Positions 28,225 through 38,210 of a stretch of DNA of 64,000 bases are shown here, piece by piece. The DNA is taken from NCBI GenBank assembly GCA_951406725.2, contig OX597821.1:7750001-7814000 (forward strand). The letters run 5' to 3'. This stretch comes from Octopus vulgaris (taxonomy: Eukaryota). The first letter of the stretch is position 1; the number at the start of each line of letters is the position of its first letter. The notes under the pieces were generated by a model. The model was not told the DNA's origin and searched no databases. It saw nothing but the letters and a program-made list of their open reading frames with translations. The position numbers were made by a program, and so were the translations under genes.

Positions 28225-30549
28225 CCCAAAGACAACTTCTTAACAACCCAAATTCATTGCTCAATAAGTACTCTTTGAAATATGAATAATGCTTCCAGAA
28301 AAAGCCAGTACATCACGTTCCTTCTCCTATAAATTTAATACTCCATCTCAATGTATAAAGAGGTTATAGTTTTACGCAAGATACAAGTAACATTTAAGAA
28401 ATTATATTAAAAACAAAACTAACCCACACCTAAACTATAATTTATCAATCAAGCGATTAACTCTACAGACAGAATTATAATAAAATGCATGCAAAAAAAA
28501 AAAGAAAGAACAAAAAAACTTGACTGTCAAATGCAAACTTACCTTGTGCCACAGCTGGTTGAGCAGCAGCAGTTGTTGTAGTACCCCCTGGAGAGGATAC
28601 AGTATTAGTGGTAACAGTAGGTGGGGTCTGACTAGTCATTTGAGCAGCCATTGCTTCTACCTCTGATTGAGTGATGATTTTCACATTCTCTGGCTTTGTC
28701 CACGCAGATTCTCGGGTTCGTGCATTGTAATAGTAACTCTATAAAAAAGTTTTGAATAAAAATTATCATTATTATTTTTACTATTATTATTACTCATCAT
28801 CATTGTTTAACGTCTGTTCTCTATGCTGGCATGGACTGAGTTGAACAGTTTGACAAGAGCTGGCAAGCCAGAGGGCTACACCAAGGTTTCTATGGTTGGT
28901 TGATCTTAAGGTCAACCACTTTAGTGTGTAGTAGGTGCTTTAATCAGGATACCAGTACTAGGGAGAGTTGAAGGAGGTAGCTCTGTGCCAGTTGATGAGA
29001 GGTTGAAAGAATAAGAGAGATAAAAATATGCGTCTTGCTATAAAAGAGATACAAGGATATCCTAGTTGAAGAAGGGAGGAGATTTAGAGAGGAAGATAGA
29101 GATGGAAAGAGTGGGAGAAATGGTGGGAGGTATTTGTCAGGACATAGCTTCAAGGAACAGTGGTGGGACAGAGGAATATAAGTGAAGTGATATAGAGGAT
29201 TGGACTGGTTGCAGGGACAGAGGGCAAAATTTCATAAAAATATGAGAGGCAATGATTAGAGATGGCTTCAATAATAGAAAGTGAGAGACTAGGAATGGGT
29301 GCGGGTGGTTCAAGCACATATGTGACTATATGTTAAAAGTTTGCTTCTAAACCACATGATTTAAGGTTCAGTCCCTCTGTACAGCACTTTAGGCAAGTGT
29401 CTTTTACTCTAAGCCCAGGCACATCAAAGCCTTGCGAGTGGATTTGGTACGCAGAAACTACAAAAAGCCAATCATTTGTGTGTGTGAGTGTGTGTGTGTG
29501 TGTGTGCCTTGACATCACATGATAGTTGTAAATGTTACCATCATGCAAGCAGTGTCTGTTTCCAATCTTCTGAGACATCTGGTCATGGGGAAATATTACC
29601 TTACTTGGAAAAAGGTAAGGGTTAGGAACTGGAAGGGCATCCAGCTGTTGAAAAATCTTCCTCAATGAATTCCATCTGAACCATGTGAGCATGGAAAACT
29701 GGACATTAAACAATAACAATAATGATGAAATATCTAATTAATAACTACATAATTAATTGAAAGTTAATATACAATTTGAAAAAAATTTTTATTATTTTTT
29801 TTGCTTACCTTTCCTTCAGCTGTTTTGGTCTCAACCCATAATTCTTGATTTCCAACATCAAGAGAGTTGCTCTGAGACGGCAAGGCTGATATTGAGTTTG
29901 GTGGGGCATTAGATACTGGAGGGGGTAGAGAAAATCCAGGAGGGGGAACAGAAAAGTTGGGTGGGGGGATGTTGGGTGGAGGCATCATTGGGGGTCTCTA
30001 AAATACAAGAAAAAAATATTTTAGGGTACTCTCAAGAAAATATGCAGATATCATCAAATAGTGATACAAAGGTTAAATCAAAATTGTCAATACCAACACA
30101 AAAAAATAAAGAGATAACTTACAGGTGGTCCAGGTGGCCCTGGGGGTCCTTGTTGCATTCCTGGAGGACCATGTGGCGGACCAGGTGGACCATGAGGAGA
30201 CATTCCAGGTGGTCCATGTGGTCCTGGGCCTGGTCCATGTGGCCCTGGTCCTCCCATACCTGGTGGTGGTGGCATACCACCACCTGGCATACCACCACCA
30301 TGAGGACCATGCATTCCAGGTGGAGGGCCGTAATTTGGATCGAATGGCGGCCTACCAAAAGGCGGACCACGAGGACCTCCGGGTCCTGGTGGGGGACCTC
30401 TCATCCCAGGTGGCGGTGGACCCCTCATACCAGGAGGTGGTGGGCCTCTCATCATTCCTGGTGGTGGACCTGGTGGTCCCCGAAATCGAGGGGGAGGGCC
30501 AGGAGGAGGGCCACGTCCAAAGTGGGGGGGTGGTCCTGGGGGACCAGGC
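3123..30549 (-). CDS. TCERG1: Transcription elongation regulator 1 (CA150) orthologue, partial multi-exon CDS: join complement(30123..30549,29809..29997,28543..28738,26875..27207,22835..23034,18223..18352,16075..16232,13261..13358,10433..10581,8756..8804,6251..6419,4171..4379,3123..3273)
   Basis: Spliced translation matches recognisable TCERG1 motifs: [39 protein letters not shown] (WW1), [27 protein letters not shown] (WW2), [22 protein letters not shown] (WW3), [36 protein letters not shown] (FF1), FF2. All 12 internal introns are GT-AG with matching phases. 5' and 3' ends are incomplete. Confidence 0.95.
3429..3795 (+). mobile_element. tRNA-derived octopus-type SINE (representative of family A)
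   Basis: Head ggcatggctg..ggttccaggttcagtcc, body aaagccttg..ggaaactgaaagaagcc(tg)n, tail ccagcatggccgcagtcaaatgaccgaaac; many further copies, e.g. ~5843-6010, 27895-28140, 40190-40557, 48480-48620, 56290-56670, 58390-58723, 58780-59115, 61965-62270. Confidence 0.85.
4171..4379 (-). CDS. TCERG1: TCERG1 exon: FF1 and start of FF2
   Basis: tgtttag|[36 protein letters not shown]...LHG AA|gtaagt. Confidence 0.96.
4780..5240 (+). mobile_element. RTE 3'UTR/tail fragment with internal sub-repeats
   Basis: Repeated TAAAAAGCACC units, GGTTGGCATTAGGAAGGGCATCCAG, (GAT)n tail; homologous to 30923-31300. Confidence 0.85.
5262..5706 (-). mobile_element. RTE LINE C-terminal fragment (decayed)
   Basis: [33 protein letters not shown], homologous to 31484-31990. 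Confidence 0.85.
6251..6419 (-). CDS. TCERG1: TCERG1 exon: coiled region and start of FF1 (not in ORF track)
   Basis: ttttcag|A IDKDES...[36 protein letters not shown]|gtaggt. Confidence 0.95.
6773..8552 (-). mobile_element. CR1-clade LINE, 5'-truncated, young
   Basis: ORFs 7996..8580 and 6853..7989 are in one frame, separated by a single TGA (GFVPK*SCLTNLL); RT motifs [24 protein letters not shown]; CR1 C-terminus RRGDLI..LRGH..WNKLP; short 3'UTR ending in (TAAC)n. Confidence 0.93.
8756..8804 (-). CDS. TCERG1: TCERG1 49-nt exon with basic NLS-like PATKKKK
   Basis: ttttcccag|AA AAG AAA GAG...ACC AAA AAA AAG AA|gtaagt; needed to bridge phase 1 to phase 2. Confidence 0.88.
9780..10210 (+). 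mobile_element. Decayed RTE-type LINE 3' fragment (different subfamily)
   Basis: [27 protein letters not shown] resembles an RTE ORF2 C-terminus. Confidence 0.55.
10433..10581 (-). CDS. TCERG1: TCERG1 exon: WW3
   Basis: ttttacag|[26 protein letters not shown]...DK A|gtaaat. Confidence 0.95.
11810..12035. mobile_element. hAT (Charlie-like) MITE inserted in a SINE
   Basis: cagtggtt..aaccactg TIRs with perfect 8-bp TSD ctctaaac. Confidence 0.88.
12250..12692 (+). mobile_element. RTE LINE 3' fragment with tail
   Basis: [24 protein letters not shown] followed by the shared GGCATTAGGAAGGGCATCC..(GAT)n tail. Confidence 0.75.
13261..13358 (-). CDS. TCERG1: TCERG1 exon: linker and start of WW3 (not in ORF track)
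   Basis: tttttttag|[34 protein letters not shown]|gtaggt. Confidence 0.93.
13638..14913 (-). mobile_element. Mariner transposon relic
   Basis: Imperfect TIRs tcagg..ttaagaatg(a/t)aatgtc flanked by TA; transposase remnants [23 protein letters not shown]; ~1.28 kb. Confidence 0.88.
15109..15323. mobile_element. pogo/Tigger-like MITE
   Basis: TA|cagtaat ... gggattactg|TA; related copy at 46538. Confidence 0.75.
16075..16232 (-). CDS. TCERG1: TCERG1 exon: acidic linker
   Basis: tatatag|CC AAA CTA...EEEEKSDE|gtaaga; phase 1-0. Confidence 0.85.
16587..16717. mobile_element. Small Tc1-like foldback MITE
   Basis: caggggtaggcaaaattaggt / acctacttttgaccacccct; inner arms gtggaatgttctttc / gaaagaacattccac. 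Confidence 0.6.
18223..18352 (-). CDS. TCERG1: TCERG1 exon: WW2
   Basis: tattccag|[44 protein letters not shown]|gtaaga. Confidence 0.95.
22106..22794 (+). mobile_element. Internally deleted mariner relic
   Basis: TIRs ttaggctagtgcaaaa / tttgcaccaacctga; [11 protein letters not shown] and PAYSPD remnants. Confidence 0.8.
22835..23034 (-). CDS. TCERG1: TCERG1 exon: low-complexity linker [15 protein letters not shown]
   Basis: attcttgtag|AC TTA CCT...PPQGQ|gtttgt; phases 1-0 fit both neighbours. Confidence 0.8.
24316..24684 (+). mobile_element. Non-autonomous Helitron
   Basis: 5' A|TC, subterminal hairpin cccgagcaacgccggg, 3' CTAG|T; second copy at 54442. Confidence 0.85.
25244..25573 (-). 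mobile_element. Penelope-like pseudo-LTR with inverted partial copy
   Basis: ~77-bp near-perfect inverted arms (25244-25320 and 25497-25573) overlapping a hammerhead motif, flanked by (TA)n. Confidence 0.65.
25278..25365 (-). ncRNA. Type I hammerhead ribozyme motif
   Basis: GCGG-CUGAAGA-aGGUC..loop..GGCCc-GAAA-CAUAUG-UA/CCGC; stem I GCGG/CCGC, palindromic stem III ACAUAUGU. Confidence 0.75.
26875..27207 (-). CDS. TCERG1: TCERG1 exon: Ser/Thr/Pro/Gln-rich region (symmetric phase 1-1, 333 nt)
   Basis: Strong acceptor cttgtgtttgcag|; open frame with poly-Thr; donor CCCA|gtatgg is weak, so the 3' boundary is uncertain. Confidence 0.65.
28543..28738 (-). CDS. TCERG1: TCERG1 exon: WW1 C-terminal half
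   Basis: ttttatag|[24 protein letters not shown]...AQ G|gtaagt. Confidence 0.95.
29320..29727 (+). mobile_element. Family-A-head SINE carrying the RTE-type tail
   Basis: Same head/body as 3429 but ends ggaagggcatccagctg..catggaaaactggacattaaa..gatga; similar copy at ~37044-37378. Confidence 0.75.
29809..29997 (-). CDS. TCERG1: TCERG1 exon: Pro-rich linker and start of WW1
   Basis: tattttag|AGA CCC CCA ATG ... [13 protein letters not shown]|gtaagc; 189 nt, phase 0-0. Confidence 0.93.
30123..30549 (-). CDS. TCERG1: TCERG1 exon: Pro/Gly/Met-rich N-terminal region
   Basis: Acceptor tttttccag|G, donor CCT|gtaagt; encodes [43 protein letters not shown]; starts with 1 leftover nt, so an upstream phase-2 exon is required. 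Confidence 0.92.
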
Positions 30550-30637
30550 CTGGAAAAAAAAAGAGAAAAAAAATCTTTAAGAAGAAATATTCATAATTAA
30601 ATTGGAACAATAACACCACCAACAATTAATTACAATA

Positions 30638-33600
30638 AGGGGATCTGTTCAGTTTGGCTCAAATTTTTTTAATTTTTTTTAACTAAACTGTTTGAAACTT
30701 CATATACTGGTGGAATGTCTCACACAGAACACTGGTTACTTAGAACATTTTTAACAAAATCTGGTATTTTAGAAGTTGTGTTAAAGTTTCCGTATCTGGG
30801 TAATTTCCACCGATTGACGATGTATATTCGGTTGAAGAAAGCTACTGCTGTTTGCAATAGTAATCAAAGAGGAACAACTTCTGGGTCATCTCTACTAAAT
30901 GTCACCACTCTGTTCTATTCGTATCATCATCATCATCGTTTAACGTCCGTTCTCCATGCTAGCATGAGTTGGATGGTTCGACCGAGGATCTGGGAAGCCA
31001 GAAGGCTGCACCAGGCTCCGGTCTTACCTGGCAATGTTTCTACAGCTGGATGCCCTTCCTAACGCCAACCACTCCGTGAGTGTAGTGGGTGCTTTTTACG
31101 TGCCAGGCGAGGCTGGCATCGGCCACGGTCGGATTGGTGCATTTTACGTACCACCTGCATGGAAGCCAGTCGAGGCAGCACTGGCTTCGGCCACGATTCG
31201 GATAGTGCTTTTTACGTGCCACCGACACGGAAGCCAGTCGAGGCAGCGCTGGCATCGGCCACGATTCGGATGGTGCTTTTTACGTATCTCCAGTCCAGGG
31301 GTCCTGGCATCTGCCGGGTGCCAGTCATAGGATTGGTTCAATTTCGATTCCAATTTCACTTGCCCCAACAGGTCTTCACAAGCATAGGTGCCTGTCGTCG
31401 GATGAGGTTTGATATCGACTTCGCTTGCCTCAACAGGTCTTTGTGTGTCCAAGGGAGGAAAGGCATGCATAAGTGGGCTGGACTCACTTGTCCTGCCTGG
31501 TCTTTTCACGCACAGCATATTTCCAAAGGTCTCGGTCGCTAGTCATTTCCTCAGTGAGACCTAAAGTTCGAAGGTCATGCTTCACCACCTCGTCCCAAGT
31601 TTTCCTGGGTCTACCTCTTCCACAGGTTCCCTCCACTGCTAGGGATTGGCACTTTTTCACACACCTATCTTCATCCATTCTCGCCACATGACCATACCAG
31701 CGCAATCGTCTCTCTTGCACACCACAACTGATGCTCCTTAGGTCCAACATTTCTCTCAGGGTACTAACGCTCTGTCGAGCATGCACACTGACATTACACA
31801 TCCATCGGAGCATACTGGCTTCATTTCTCGCGAGCTTACGCATGTCCTCAGCAGTCACGGCCCATGTTTCACTGCCATGTAGCATGGCTGTTCGTACACA
31901 TGCATCATACAGTCTGCCTTTTACTCTGAGCGAGAGGCCTTTAGTCACCAGCAGAGGTAAGAGCTCCCTAAACTTTGCCCAGGCTATTCTTACTCTAGCC
32001 GTTACACTTTCGGCACACCCACCCCCACTACTGACTTGGTCACCAAGATAACAGAAGCTATCAACTACTTCTAGTTTTTCCCCCCTGGAAAGTGACGGAA
32101 GTTGTTTTCTGCAGATTTTCAGAGGTTAATGCTCCCGAGCATCTGCCACATACAAAAACCATCTTCCTAGTTAGCCTTCCTATGACATTGCTGCACCTCT
32201 TATGTGTCCATAGCTTACACTTGGTGCATCTTATAGAGTTTCTACCTACACCTTTTCTACAGATCGAGCAGGGCCATCTACCAGAAGGCGTTTGTAATTT
32301 GTCTACCTTCCTACTTATTATGACTTTGGTTTTAGCTAGATTGACTCTAAGGCCCTTCGATTCTAAACCTTGCTTCCACACCTGAAACTTCTCCTCCAGT
32401 TCTGATAGTGACTCAGCAATTAGAGCAAGGTTATCAGCATAGAGGAGCTCCCAGGGGCATCCTGTCTTGAATTCCTCCGTTATTGCCTGGAGGACTATGA
32501 TAAATAGGAGGGGGCTGAGGACTGAGCCTTGGTGGACCCCTACCTCTACCCGGAATTCTTCACTGTACTCGTTGCCAACCCTCACCTTACTAGCAGCGTC
32601 CCTGTACATGGCTCGCACAGCTCTCACTAACCATTCATCTATCCCTAGTTTCCTCATTGACCACCAGATGAGGGATCGGGGGACCCTGTCGAAGGCTTTC
32701 TCCATGTCGACAAAAGCCAGGTACAGGGGCTTATCTTTGGCTAGGTATTTCTCCTGCAGCTGCCTTACCAGGAATATAGCATCAGTGGTACTTTTCCCTG
32801 GCATGAACCCAAACTGCATCTGTCTAACGAAAATGATGCCACCTTTATCTTTTCTTCCTTTCTAGTCAGCACTGTGCATTCCTTACTCTTTCCCTCCCTT
32901 CTACACTATCAATTACTATCGCAACCAGCAAGCGAACTTGTCACTGCCACTACAATTACCATATTTTCCGGTGTGTAAGACGCTATTTGTTTTGTTTTAC
33001 CTTCATTTTTAATTTAATAAAGACTTTTATATTGACGAAATGTGTTTGTTGTTGATTACAGTAAGATAAAATCATGACAATAACAATCCATCTCAGTTGT
33101 AAAATAACGATTTTTCAAACTACATATACATCAACAACATAAAAGCTAGCTGCGGACTCATAACTATAGAGCTATTTTAAACACCGGTGCACTCTATGTG
33201 CAGATAAAACACCGATGTCAGGCAAACGAATAAATATACGCAAATAATATTTCTTCCTTCTTGGTGTTGATTCATCAATGTTTACAGGTTACTCTGACAA
33301 GAGAACCTATATATATATATCATCATCATCATCGTTTAACGTCCGTTTTCCGCGCTAGCACGGGTTGGACGGTTTGACCGGGGTCTGGGGAGCCAGGGGC
33401 TGCCCCAGGCTCCAGTCTGATCTGGCAGTGTTTCTACAGCTGGATGCCCTTCCTAACGCCAACCACTCCGCGAGTGTAGTGGGTGCTTTTTACGTGCCAC
33501 CTGCACAGGTGCCAGAGGGGTCTGGCATCGGCCACGATCGGTTATTGCCTTTTTTCGTTGCATTGCGACAGGTTCCGGCAGAGAAGAGAGGGAGAGAGAG

Positions 33601-34755
33601 TGGGGGGGGTGCATGTAATATAGGGGAGCACCAGTGGGGAAGGTTTGGGGTAAAGAGAAACGATGACAGGTAGGGTTGGTGGCAAGTTCTAGACAGAATG
33701 AAAAGTAGGAAGTAAAACGTAGGATATCACGAGTGGGGGAGGGGGCTGGAAGGAGATAGCCGGTTGAGGCAGTGACACATTTGAAACAAGAGGAACATAG
33801 GATAACAGGTTAAGTGGGACGTTTGATGAGCTGCGGCGCTAGCTGCTTCTGTCCAGGGGGAGAGAGGCAGGGGTAAAATACATAGTGAGAAAGTATATTG
33901 AGGAGGAGGGGTAGGAGGAACAGACACACGTAGTGGTGGCGGTGGTAGAGGGGATGGTGTAAACAGAGTGTTCTCCGGTATGGGTGGTGGGGGTGGGAGG
34001 GCGGACGAACCGCGAATGCCGGCTACTGGGGACAGTAGTGTAAAGACTTAAGCAATCAGGGTTTGAAGAAATGAACAGAGTAACGAACAAATTAACTTGG
34101 TACCGAGGGGTTAAACAAATTAAAGGGTTATATTTTAAGAACAAGCAGAATTAGTGAATAGATTCGAACATTTAAGGGTTAGCGGCAAATGTATGTGTGT
34201 AGTACAAGAGTCGGAAGAAATGAAATGAGAATTCTTAGCTTGCTTGCTATGATCATCGCTGTGTGGTCAAGAAAGGGTGAATGAAAGAGAAGCACACGAG
34301 GTGATTATTTATATAGGTTCACCGGAAGTGGGTTGGAAAGACGGAAGTTTTGATTGAAGACAGGGCAGTAGAGTAATGGCGGAGGACGAACGAAATATCT
34401 TCATACCGAGGCATTTAAAAAAAATATATATATATATATATAAAGCGTGTAATATGCAACACAGGCAATAAACAATAGATAAAATAGAACAGAGTGGAGA
34501 CATTTAGTAGAGATGATCCAAAAGTTGTTCCTCTTCAATTACTATCACAAACAGCTTTCTTCAACCTAATACAGGTCATTGGTTGGTTGAAATTAACCAA
34601 ATACAACAACTTTAACACAAAATAACTTCTAAAATACCAAATTTTGTCAAAAATGTTCAAAGTAAACCATGTTCTGTGTGAGACATTCCACAAGTATACA
34701 AAGTTTCAAACTGTTTAGTTAAACAAATCTGTGAGCCAAACTGAACAGATCCCAA
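30638..34755. mobile_element. Long-TIR DNA transposon relic hosting nested RTE, RTE-tail and unknown insertions
   Basis: ~280-bp imperfect inverted repeats at 30638-30922 and 34480-34755 (gggatctgttcagtttggctc ... gagccaaactgaacagatccc), TA at both outer ends. Confidence 0.8.
30923..32821 (-). mobile_element. RTE-type LINE, 5'-truncated, with one frameshift
   Basis: QFGFMPGKSTTDAIF, FVDMEKAFDRVP, GVHQGSVLSP, YADN (YADD mutated), C-terminal RRLRWYGHV..GRGRPRKTW; frameshift near 32080; ~560-nt 3'UTR ending in (ATG)n. Confidence 0.93.
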
Positions 34756-35759
34756 TAAGGTAGCAAGCTGGCAAAACTATGGACTGCATCAGGCAAAATG
34801 TTTAGCAGTAGTTCTTTCAGCACTTTACATTCTGTGTTCAAATCCTGCCAAGATCAACTTTGCTTTTCATCCTTCCAGGGTCAATGAAATAAAGTACCAG
34901 TCAAGTACTGGAAATCAATGTTGCCAATTAACTGTTCCCTTCAAAAGAAAAACGAGAAAAAAATCTGCTTGCCTTACATCAAAATTTGAAACAACCACAA
35001 TGAGGTTACAAATATTTTATTTGTTTATTCATTCTATTTATTATATTGATATTTACTGAACTTAGAACCCTTTTTATCTTCAGTTATGCTAATTAACCAA
35101 GTGGATCACTTAAGTTCAGAACTGATATCTTGCAGAGATTAATCAAAATGCCTTATGTTGATATTAGCAGTAAAAACACTCACAAACAGAGCATATTGAG
35201 CTAATCCTCAGCTGAATCTGTATTTTAATCTTCATCATCATTTAACGTCCATGTTCCATGCTGGCATGGGTTGGATGGTTTGAAAAGGATCCAATGAGTC
35301 AAGACTCATTGGATGGTTTGACAAGGATCCAATGAGTCAAGACTGCATCGTACTCCAGGGTCTGGTTTCTACAGCAGGATGCCCTTCTTAAAACTAACAA
35401 CTTAGCAGTGTGTACTGGGTACTTTTCTCTGTACCACCAGCACTCCTGAGGTCACCATGTAGCTCGAGTCAACAAACCCAGAGAGGAAAGATATTGCCTC
35501 TGTATGTTAAGGTATGAGGGAAAAGTTTAGAGTAGAACAGGTTCTTATTGTGGAGAAGCTACATGGCTACTCACACGTAGGGGGGAGAGAGAGAGTGAAA
35601 ATGAAGTAGGAGTATCTCCAAAGAGATAGACAGTGGTGATGAGATGTCCAGGTGGCACCTCAGGTAGCAGGTACAGTAGTAGGTGAAGATTTATTTCAAA
35701 CATCAACACAAGGCCTCATAGTCAAATTAACAATCAACTTTTACTAATACTTTGTTAGT

Positions 35760-35997
35760 ACCAGAGCAGTGGAGTTGAAACAAAAAACCTGACTGACTCC
35801 TCTACTATTGGCACTTCCGACTAACTCCTCTTTATGTAATTAAGTGATTGTGGTCTACATATCCCATAAAGCATAGGCATACGCTTGTACTTTGAGTCGG
35901 CCAATATAAGTGGTTTATATTAAAGAATAAAGATTGTGAGTCAGAGTCGGTATGGTTTTACCAACTCTGACTCCACAACTGACTTCACAGCCCTGGT
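35760..35997. mobile_element. Probable hAT-type MITE with GGAGTC/GACTCC subterminal repeats
   Basis: ccagagcagtggagttg ... cttcacagccctgg; several gactcc motifs. Confidence 0.5.
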
Positions 35998-36692
35998 TGG
36001 TACTCCACCCCACCAATGTTGAAAAAATTCAACCTTGGTGGGAATGGAATTTAGAATAAACAACCGTAATTAAAGCTCAGAAGACATTTTATCTGATCCT
36101 CTCTTGATTCTGCTTATCCACAGCTTTAATTTCTGACATGGACACAAAGTTTCAAAATGTCAGGTAATGGGTATGACCAATTAGATTGAACCCAATATAA
36201 CTGGTATCTTTTTTTTTTTTTTAAATCAACCCCAAAACAACGTAAGATGATACCAATGTCAGCAGGATTTGAACTCAGAGTGTAAAATTTCAAATTCAAA
36301 ATGTTTAATGGTATCTCATCTATCTCTATGCTCTGAGTTCAAATTTCATTGAAGTCAACTTTGCTTTCCATTCTTTCAGGGTCAATGAAATAAGTACCAG
36401 TCAAGTACTGGGGTCAATGTAATCGACTAGCCCTTCCCAGAAAATTTCAGGCCTTGTACCTATAGCAGAAAGGGTGGCAGAATTGTTAGTATGCCGGGGA
36501 AAATGCTTAGTGACATTTTGTCCATCTTTACATTCTGAGTTCAAATTTTGCCAAGTTCAGCTTTGCTTTTCATCCTTTCAGGGTCAATAAACGAAGTGCC
36601 AGTTGAACACTGGGGTCAATTTAATTGACTAAGCCCCCTCCCCTGAACTTGCTAGTTTTGTGCCAAAATTTGAAACCATTATTACTATCATT

Positions 36693-36739
<47 letters not shown>

Positions 36740-37990
36740 GGGTGTTGGAGCAGTCATAATTTTGTACGTCATTGGATTATTTCAATTATTTTACTAGTGT
36801 CTGTCAGTCCTGAATTCAAATCCCACTAATATCGACTTTTCCATTCATCTTTCTGAAGTGGCTAAAATAAACCATCAACTAAGAGCTAGCATTAATTAAA
36901 TTTACTCCAGCCACTTCACAAAATTCATTACAGACAAGTGTCAAAATTAGAAATCTAATTATAAATTACTATTGTTGTATTGTATCAGATTCCACTGGAT
37001 CACTGAATTCTTGATCACATACAGGTATTGTTGTGAGATATCAGTGTGGCTATGTGGCAAGAACATTGCATCCTAACCACATGGTTCCAAGTTCAATCCC
37101 ACTGCAAGATACCTTGGACAAGTGTCTTTGGTAAAACTGAAAGAAACCCCTGTGTTACTGTCATGTGATAGTTGTAAACAAGTTTCACTGTAATGCAAGT
37201 GGCACCCTTCATTTCAAGTATTCTGAGAACACGTCTTGTCATGGGGAAATAATACCTTACCTGAAAACAGGTGAGAGTTTGCAACAAGAAGGTCATCTAC
37301 TATAGAAAATTCACCTGAACAAATTCCATGCAACCCATGTCAGCATGGAAAATGAACATTAAAAAATGATGATGGTGATGCAAGGAATTGGTGGCTAATG
37401 TTCTCAAATCCTTTTCTTTGGCCATTTAATGGTTTCAGGAATCAGCCAAACATGTGGGGGACATTTACGCAAAACAACCAAGTGAAGAAAACAAGGAGCA
37501 ATAAACTCTACCAAGAAATTTGGTAAAGCTGACCTTGGCAAGACATTATAACTAAACACTGCAAAGAATTTTGTCTGATAGTCAATCAATTTCTTTCAAG
37601 TAATAATTGATAATGACACAAAAATATATAATCGTCATCATCATTTAACATTTGTTTTTCATATTGGCATGGGTTGGGTGGTTCAACAGCAGCTCAGGCT
37701 CTCTGTTTCTATTGATTGGATGCCCTTTGCAATGTCAACCACTATCCAGAGTGTACTGGGTGCTTTTTACGTGGCACCAGCACAGATTGCTTATGTGAAA
37801 TAATTCAGGTAGAACACAAAGTAGATAAAAGGTAGATAGGAGCAGGTTAACAAAGAGTTTTAACACCCTTCAGATAGATGGGGGGGACTATGACTGCAAA
37901 TGTATTCATGAATAAAATTCAGTTGAAAAAGCTTATTTCATTCAATGGTCCTAGAAGTGACTAAAGCAATGATGTGATTTGGTGTGTTAA

Positions 37991-38210
37991 CCCTTTAGTA
38001 TTTAAACCGGCCATATCCGGCCAAAATAGTTAACCTGTTTTATGTTCAAACATGACCAGATCCAGGCTCTCACACCTACCCTACAATGTTATTCTACATT
38101 AAGTAATTACACCATCAAGATCTTGAAGATATGAGATAATGCATGATTAATTCAAATCAATGGGAATCAATAAGCATTATGTTTGATAGAATAATCAGAA
38201 CACTAAAGGG
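37991..38210. mobile_element. piggyBac-like MITE
   Basis: TTAA|ccctttag ... ctaaaggg|TTAA. Confidence 0.85.

Noticed and set aside
29961-30596. Plus-strand 211-aa and 151-aa ORFs
   Set aside because: Antisense shadows of the GC-rich Pro/Gly TCERG1 exon.
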